From an uncultured Thermoplasmata archaeon (GTDB taxonomy: Archaea; Thermoplasmatota; Thermoplasmata; Lutacidiplasmatales; UBA184), in assembly GCA_963749235.1 (NCBI GenBank), contig CAVVLV010000001.1, forward strand, positions 410,989 to 474,988: DNA of 64,000 nt, given 5' to 3'. Position numbers and translations under genes: made by a program. The notes beneath the pieces were generated by a model that saw nothing but the letters and a program-made list of their open reading frames with translations, had not been told where the DNA came from and searched no databases. Numbering within the stretch: position 1 is the first letter of the stretch; every line of letters starts with the position of its first letter. Positions 57,643 to 64,000 of the stretch are shown in pieces.

Positions 57643-59980
57643 ATGAGCGCCCCGTTCCCTCGCCGGGGGTCGTTCGTGGTCTTGGTCGTGGGGGTCTTGC
57701 TCCTGGGGGCGCTCGGAGTGACCGTCGCGGTCGACACCCCGGGACTATTCTCCCACGGCCCCCCGCACCTCGCGTCGCAAACCGGCTCGAGCGGTCCGTT
57801 CTCGTGGACCAACATCAGCGCGACCGCGGGTGGGGCGCCGGCGTGTCGGGACTCGGAGGGACTGGTCGATGACGCGGCGCTCGGGGAGGTCATCCTGTTC
57901 GGCGGGGTCTCCCAGTGCGGCCAACCGAACTCCTACTCGCTCGGGGACACCTGGGCCTTCTCGAACGGCACGTGGACGAACCTCTCCTCGTCCCTGACGG
58001 TCGCCCCGTCCCCCCGGTGGGGGATGGCGATGGTCTACGACGCGGCCGCGCAGGAGATCGTACTGTTCGGAGGGACGGACACGTTCGGGAACACGAACGA
58101 CCAGACGTGGACCTTCAACGGGACGTGGACGAACGTCACGGCGGAGCAAACCGTCTCGCCTCCGGCGTTGTTCTCCCCGGGCGCGACATACGACCCCTCG
58201 GTGGGCGGGCTCCTCCTCTACGGCGGGGAGAGTGGGTTCTCGGGCCCGGAGTTCATCTACAACGCGACATGGCTGTTCCACGACGGCCAGTGGAGCGAAC
58301 TGAACGTGATGGGCCCGGACCCGCTCCGCTCTCCTTCGCTCGTGTATGACGCCGCGGCGAACGCCAGCATCCTGTTCGGGGGATACGACGGTCTCACCAA
58401 CGTGCCCATCAATCAGACCTGGTCGTTCGCGAACGATGCGTGGATCCTCCTTCACCCCTCGACCAGTCCCTCCGCCCGATTCACAAGCGGTGCGACCTAC
58501 GACCCCGTCACCGGTGCGATCGTTCTGTTCGCGGGCTTCACCTACCAATTCTGGGCGAGTAACGTCGCGGTCCAGGACACCTGGTCGTTCGCGAACGGGA
58601 CGTGGACCAACGTGACCGTCCCGCACTCGTCGACCCCCAGCCCGCGCGGTGGGGCTCGCATGGTGTGGGACGTGGCGGACGGCTACGGTCTCCTATTCGG
58701 CGGCCAATCGAACGGTGTCCGGTTCAACGACACCTGGACCTTCCCGCTGGCTACGCCCCTTCGCGGCGCGACCCTCACCGCGTCGAGCTCCACGATCTGG
58801 CTCTCGGAGTCAGTCTCCTTCTCGACCTCGACGTCCGGAGGGTTCTACCCGCTGACCTTCGTCTACTCGGGGCTCCCTGCCGGATGCGCGGGCGGCAATC
58901 TGTCGACCTTCACGTGCATCCCCACGGCGATCGGCAATTACACGGTGAGCGTCAACGTCACCGACACCAACCACACGTCGGTCGTCGCCTCCACCATTCT
59001 CTCGGTCGTGACGCCTCCCGTCGGCTCCTTCTCCTGGACGGACATCAGCGCGACCGCGGGTGGGGCGCCGGCGTGTCGGGACTCGGAGGGACTGGTCGAT
59101 GACGCGGCGCTCGGGGAGGTCATCCTGTTCGGCGGGGTCTCCCAGTGCGGCCAACCGAACTCCTACTCGCTCGGGGACACCTGGGCCTTCTCGAACGGCA
59201 CGTGGACGAACCTCTCCTCGTCCCTGACGGTCGCCCCGTCCCCCCGGTGGGGGATGGCGATGGTCTACGACGCGGCCGCGCAGGAGATCGGTACTGTTCG
59301 GAGGGACGGACACGTTCGGGAACACGAACGACCAGACGTGGACCTTCAACGGGACGTGGACGAACGTCACGGCGGAGCAAACCGTCTCGCCTCCGGCGTT
59401 GTTCTCCCCGGGCGCGACATACGACCCCTCGGTGGGCGGGCTCCTCCTCTACGGCGGGGAGAGTGGGTTCTCGGGCCCGGAGTTCATCTACAACGCGACA
59501 TGGCTGTTCCACGACGGCCAGTGGAGCGAACTGAACGTGACGGGCCCGGACCCGCTCCGCTCCCCCACCCTGGTCTACGATGCCGCCACGAGCTCGGACA
59601 TCCTGTTCGGAGGGTTCGACGGAATGACGGGGACCTCCTCGGGCGCGACCTGGAGCTTCGCGAGCGGGGCGTGGACGCTGCTCTCACCCTCGGCGAGCCC
59701 CGGCGCCCGATTCGCGGCCGGCGCGACGTTCGACCCGGCGACCGGCGCGGTCGTCCTGTTCGGCGGCTTCACGACGGAATATGGCAATGTCAACTCGCCG
59801 TTGAGCGACACGTGGACTTTCGTCAACGGAACGTGGGTGAACGTCACCCCCCTTGCGCATTCGGCTCCCAGCCCGCGCGGCGGACCCCGGCTGGTGTGGG
59901 ATGCGACCGACGGATACGGGATCCTGTTCGGTGGCCAGTCCAACGGCTACCGGTACACCGACACCTGGGAGTTCTCCTAG
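57643..59980 (+). CDS. Kelch-repeat cell-surface protein with two ~410-aa modules; reading frame interrupted by 1-nt insertion at ~59291
   Basis: N-terminal signal-anchor; Kelch units; second module continues in ORF 59399-59980. Confidence 0.65.
57812..58332 (+). repeat. Intragenic ~520-bp near-identical direct repeat, copy 1
   Basis: Identical to 59042-59563 except one extra G in copy 2 (atcgtactg vs atcggtactg) and one T/C mismatch near the end. Confidence 0.85.
59042..59563 (+). repeat. Intragenic ~520-bp near-identical direct repeat, copy 2 (offset 1230 bp)
   Basis: See copy 1. Confidence 0.85.
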
Positions 59981-60008
59981 GGCAAGGTCCGGTTCCGATC
60001 CCGGTCTT

Positions 60009-60886
60009 TCAAGGAGGGCCGGGGCCTTGGGGGGGTGAGGATTCAGGAGCGAGCCCGGGTGCGGTAGGCGGGATGTCCCTCAGAAGGATGTCGGGGCCAT
60101 CCCCGTGCCAAGCTCCTTGGAGATAGGCCACTCCTCCGATCGTGATTCCGGCGAGGAACCGTGCGGTGGTCCGCCGGGTCAAGCGCAGGAGTCGGACGTA
60201 TTCCGGATACCGGAATCCAATGACGCGGAAGATCCGCGCTCCCCACATCATGTGCGTACCGCGCCGCCAGGGCGACACGGTCGGGGAGCTCCCCGCTCGC
60301 CTCGGTTTGAGGTCGTCCGCCAACCTTGGCAGCAGCACCCGCTCGAACCTCAGCCCGCCCCGGAAGGCCCGGAGCCAGAGCGGTGGCTCCTCCCGCTCCT
60401 GACGGGGCTCGTAGCCACCCACCCGCTCGAACGCCTCCTTCCGCCACGCGTAGACGTGCGTCGAGGAGGGGTCGAAGTCTCCGTTGCCGATCCCGAACGC
60501 CGCGTCGCAGGACGGATGGTCCCGCACGTGCAGCGCGAGGGCACGAAGGACCCCGGGCGCATACCGGTTGTCACCGTCTACCTGAGTCACCACGATCGAG
60601 GTGTGGGCCAACGCGACGGCGAGATTCCGTCCGTCGCCCCGGTGGCACGACCGCTCGATCACCGTGACTTCAGGGTGGGTCCGTGCGACCTCCGCCAGGA
60701 TCGCTTGGGTTCCGTCATTCGACAGGGAATCCACGATGACCAGTTCGCCCTCGCCGGCGACTTGGGGAAGGACCGTTTCCAGCGAATCGCGAAGCGTCCC
60801 GGCGTTGTTTCGCACGGTCATGGTCACGGAGAACCAAGCGGGGGGGCGTCGAGATGTGTCAAGCACTCCGGGCGGCTCGTCAGTCA
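60009..60886 (-). CDS. Glycosyltransferase family 2
   Basis: WFSVTMTVRNNAG...VIVDSLSNDGT...TQVDGDNRY (DxD). Confidence 0.6.
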
Positions 60887-61129
60887 TTCCACCTTGGGTG
60901 CACGCCCGGGACGGATAATGGGTTGGGGACCCCAAGGGGGTCTCCCGCGATTGCGGACCGGGCTGGCGGTCTTCCCTGGGGGGGCACCCCTCCCCTCCTC
61001 GGCCGCACCGCGTCACCCCAAAGGTACGGAGGAGGGCATATCGCCGCCCGCTGCCGGCGAGTGGCGCTCGGTCGAACGCCGTCATCCCGAGAAGCCAATC
61101 CGGGGCCCGCGTCGTCCCAGACCGAAGGA

Positions 61130-62929
61130 CTAGGGAGGGGGCGGGGGTGGGGTTCCGCGAGATCGACGGGCCACCGCCACAGCCACTACAATTGCTACGA
61201 CGGCCACCGCGGCCACGGCGATCAGGACGATCAGCCAAACCGTCGATAAGCCGCCGAGCAGGTTGTTCGAAGATGAGCTCGATGTGACTTGGAACGAGAA
61301 GTTGCCGGTAGCCCGTTCGCCGATGTCGTCCGTGACCGTGACCCGGGGCGCAAAGGTGCCGGCTACCGCAGGGATACACACGAGGACCGACGTGTTGGCA
61401 CTGGCGCACCCCGACGGCAAGGACGCCCACGTGTAGGTGTACGGGGGCAACCCCTGGCGAGCATCGGTCGTGAGGGTCACGCTCTGGCCCAGCGCGAAGG
61501 TCGACAAATTCTGGCTGACCGAGATCGTGAGCGGGGAAACGACCTCGATCCGGAAGCTGTCATGGGCCGAAGTGCTGAGTACCGTGGATACCGACACGTT
61601 GACCGTGTAATTGCCCGGAGCGTGGAACGTGTGACTCACATTGGCGACGGCCGAGAAAGGAGACCCATCTCCAAAGGTCCATCCGTACGAGTACGGGGGA
61701 AGGCCCCCAGTCACCCAGGCAGTGAAACTGACCGGGGAGCCGGCGGCCCCGGTCGTCGGGGCCGAATGCGCGGAGAGTTCCAGGGTCGAGCCGAAGGCCC
61801 ACGTATCGGACTCGTACGAACCCGAAAGCGCAAAGCCGCCGAACTGCCAGACGAGCTCGGAAGAAGGGTCGTAGGCGAGATCCTGAGCCCAGCGCGGGCT
61901 CGGCGCCGAGGGAGTGGCAAACAGGGGCCAGCCATCCGAGGCGTTGTAGGCCCACGTGTCGTTGTAGACGTTCGACCCCACATGGCCGCCGGTCAGGACG
62001 GCGGCGTTGAGGGCCGCGTCGTACGTCAGGACCTGGTAATTCCGCGGGGAGGGGCTCGGAGCGGGGAAGAGCTCGATCCATGCTCCACCCGCAAATGTCC
62101 ACGTGTCGCCGAAGCTCGACGTTTGGACCGCGCTCCAACCGCCGAAGAGGAGGACGAAGCGGTCGGCCGCATCGTACGTCATCGCCAGGGAGAACCGGGG
62201 GGCCGGCGCGTTAGCGGGGTGCGCGAGGGACCACGAGCCCGCATGGTAGGTCCACGTATCGTTGAACGAATTCGAACCGGTCTCGTTCGCTCCCCCGAAT
62301 AGTACGACCTCGTGATCGACGGCGTCGTACGCCATTCCCGGGGAGAACCGGGCCGGCGGGGAGATCGCAGGGTGCACCGGGCTCCAAACGTCGCCGACGA
62401 AGGTCCAAGTGTCCTGGTAGAGGGTGTTCCCGTCGAAGCCGCCGAATAGGACGACATATCCATCGGCCGCGTCGTAGGCAATCCCGGCGTCCGCCCGGGC
62501 CGGAGGAGCGGGACCGATGAGAGTGGCCGTAAGGTTGGTCCAGATCCCGTTCACGAACTTCCAGGTGTCCCCCAACGCCGGGCAGGCGTGGCTGTAGTAG
62601 TAAGTGCCCGAGCTGGGACACCCGCCGAAGAGCAGCGTCATGTTGTCCGCCGGGTCGTACACCATGGCGGCCCCGGCGAGTCCCGGGGGCGAAGACGCAG
62701 GCGGCTCCTCGGTCCATCCCCATACGGCCGAGACAGCCGGGCCCCGAGGGGACCCGGCCGTGATGCGCGGGGTCGAGTGACTCATGCCCCGGGTCAGTTC
62801 GTTGGAAGTGGTGACGCTCCCCGGAAGAACTCGGGAAGCCGGGCTTGCACCTCCGGCGATCGGGCTTAGCACTACGACAAACACGATGGTGAAGCACACC
62901 AAGGCCCGTAGCGCGAGCAGGAATCTCAA
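61130..62929 (-). CDS. Kelch-repeat + PKD-domain cell-surface protein, C-terminal TM anchor + RRSRGTPPPPPP tail
   Basis: Signal peptide; Kelch units; PKD block PYSYGWTFGDGS...HTFHAPGNYTVNVSV; TM VWLIVLIAVAAVAVVAIVVAVAVA. Confidence 0.7.
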   Translation of the reverse strand: MRFLLALRALVCFTIVFVVVLSPIAGGASPASRVLPGSVTTSNELTRGMSHSTPRITAGSPRGPAVSAVWGWTEEPPASSPPGLAGAAMVYDPADNMTLLFGGCPSSGTYYYSHACPALGDTWKFVNGIWTNLTATLIGPAPPARADAGIAYDAADGYVVLFGGFDGNTLYQDTWTFVGDVWSPVHPAISPPARFSPGMAYDAVDHEVVLFGGANETGSNSFNDTWTYHAGSWSLAHPANAPAPRFSLAMTYDAADRFVLLFGGWSAVQTSSFGDTWTFAGGAWIELFPAPSPSPRNYQVLTYDAALNAAVLTGGHVGSNVYNDTWAYNASDGWPLFATPSAPSPRWAQDLAYDPSSELVWQFGGFALSGSYESDTWAFGSTLELSAHSAPTTGAAGSPVSFTAWVTGGLPPYSYGWTFGDGSPFSAVANVSHTFHAPGNYTVNVSVSTVLSTSAHDSFRIEVVSPLTISVSQNLSTFALGQSVTLTTDARQGLPPYTYTWASLPSGCASANTSVLVCIPAVAGTFAPRVTVTDDIGERATGNFSFQVTSSSSSNNLLGGLSTVWLIVLIAVAAVAVVAIVVAVAVARRSRGTPPPPPP

Positions 62930-63202
62930 CCTCCGCCCGAAACCGACCCTCCCGTCTAGGTTCTGTCTCGAGGGACGGAGCGAGCCAGTCTATGGACCCT
63001 CGTGGCGGGAAACCAAGCTGGGGCGAGGGGGGCGAATGCAGGCCCTCGGCTTGCATCCCGGCCCTTTTGCTGAGGGCGCGTTCTCCGGCAAGTTTATATA
63101 CTATAGAGTCGCGTGGCCGCCCTGAACGGCACGGTGGAAACTTGAACGCAATGGTACTCGAACCAGCCCCCGGAGCCCCCCGAGGCGCAATCGATCAAGT
63201 CG

Positions 63203-63823
63203 ATGCTCCACATCGCGAGGATCCTCGCGTTGATCTTCGGCATTCTCCTGTTCTTGGTCGGCCTTGCCTATGCCGCGTACATCGCCTATCTGGCGAGCGT
63301 CTGTTCGAGCTTCATCGGCTACGATGCGTATTGTGGAGGGGCGGTCGCCTTCGCCCTCATCCCCGCGATCTTCATCGTGATCTTTGGGGTCTTTGACATC
63401 TTGATCTGGATCAAGACCAAGGCCATCGAGGCCATGGTCAACCAGCACCAGTACGAGCAGGCCAAGAGCGCGACCCTGATCTGGATGATCCTCGGGTTCA
63501 TCCTCGGTGGGATCCTGATCGGGATCATCCTCCTGATCGCGTACATCAAGTTCGACCCCCTGATCACCGCCGCGCGCAACCAGGGACAGATGGGCGGTGG
63601 CGGCGGATACCCGCCGCAGGGTTACGCCCAACCCGGGTACCCCCAGCAGGGGGCTCCGCCGGCGTACGCTCCCCCGCCCCAGGCCGCGCCTCCCCCCGCA
63701 CCGATGGCACCCCCGGCTGCAGCTCCCGCCGCGGCCCCGTTCTGCTCCAAGTGCGGGAAGCCGACCACCTACATCGCGCAGTACGGTCGATACTACTGCT
63801 ACGATGACAAGATCTACGCCTGA
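63203..63823 (+). CDS. Membrane protein (4 TM) with Gln/Pro-rich linker and C-terminal zinc ribbon
   Basis: Hydrophobic helices; GGGGYPPQGYAQPGYPQQGAPPAYAPPPQ; CSKCG...YYCYDD; TTTATATACTATAG box ~100 nt upstream. Confidence 0.5.
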   Translation: MLHIARILALIFGILLFLVGLAYAAYIAYLASVCSSFIGYDAYCGGAVAFALIPAIFIVIFGVFDILIWIKTKAIEAMVNQHQYEQAKSATLIWMILGFILGGILIGIILLIAYIKFDPLITAARNQGQMGGGGGYPPQGYAQPGYPQQGAPPAYAPPPQAAPPPAPMAPPAAAPAAAPFCSKCGKPTTYIAQYGRYYCYDDKIYA

Positions 63824-64000
63824 TCGGGTCGTCACACCGTAGGCGAACTCCTTCCGACCCGCCCGGGCCACCTGGGCGGGTTCGAAATCTTCCTCAGACA
63901 GCCAACATCCGGCCTCTCATCTCCACCTACCGTTCGGCTCGAGAAGAGACCCGTCGCCCCGGGACCATGTGGGCCACGGGATGGGTCGACCGTACGGGTC

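Noticed and set aside
1-64000. CRISPR arrays, rRNA genes, additional canonical tRNAs
   Set aside because: I saw no regularly spaced short direct repeats and no rRNA-like conserved blocks. Only the two intron-containing tRNA-like genes showed tRNA T-arm/acceptor signatures.

Overview
High-GC (~67%) archaeal chromosomal segment; the lineage is uncertain. Archaeal identity rests on GatD/GatE, glycerol-1-phosphate dehydrogenase, Orc1/Cdc6, Hel308, the secE-spt5-rpl11 cluster, archaeal-type LeuRS and intron-containing tRNAs. The window has three parts. (1) Positions 1-12.7 kb form an accessory island. It contains YVTN-repeat and glycosylated surface proteins, an intact single-ORF IS66-family element with perfect 8-bp target-site duplications, a membrane protein, a 1082-aa FtsK/HerA-type ATPase with wHTH and nuclease-like C-terminal domains, and a tyrosine integrase directly next to the 3' end of an intron-containing tRNA-Arg. 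The second att copy was not found inside the window. (2) Positions 12.8-52 kb are a housekeeping core. Genes here are gatDE, a HAD phosphatase, GNAT, rpl11-spt5-secE-ftsZ, MptE-like kinase, IDH/IPMDH, a Walker-A-degenerate Orc1/Cdc6 paralog beside Hel308, acyl-CoA dehydrogenase, NFACT/Rqc2, GT2, pyruvate kinase, tRNA-Pro, UPF0179, egsA, queE, leuS, dcd, Memo-like, HIT, a membrane-anchored sedolisin, smc-scpA-scpB and an Atl alkyltransferase-like protein. (3) Positions 52.7-64 kb are a surface-protein and glycosylation island, with a SAM-MTase, three Kelch/PKD beta-propeller membrane proteins (one carries a cytoplasmic wHTH tail), a GT2 and a Zn-ribbon membrane protein. At least 12 single-nucleotide frame disruptions interrupt otherwise conserved genes, several of them essential (leuS, gatE, egsA). 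I read this mainly as indel sequencing error rather than decay, but it needs checking. No CRISPR array and no rRNA gene were seen. In this high-GC sequence the ORF track is full of long antisense/shadow ORFs, and I rejected those.
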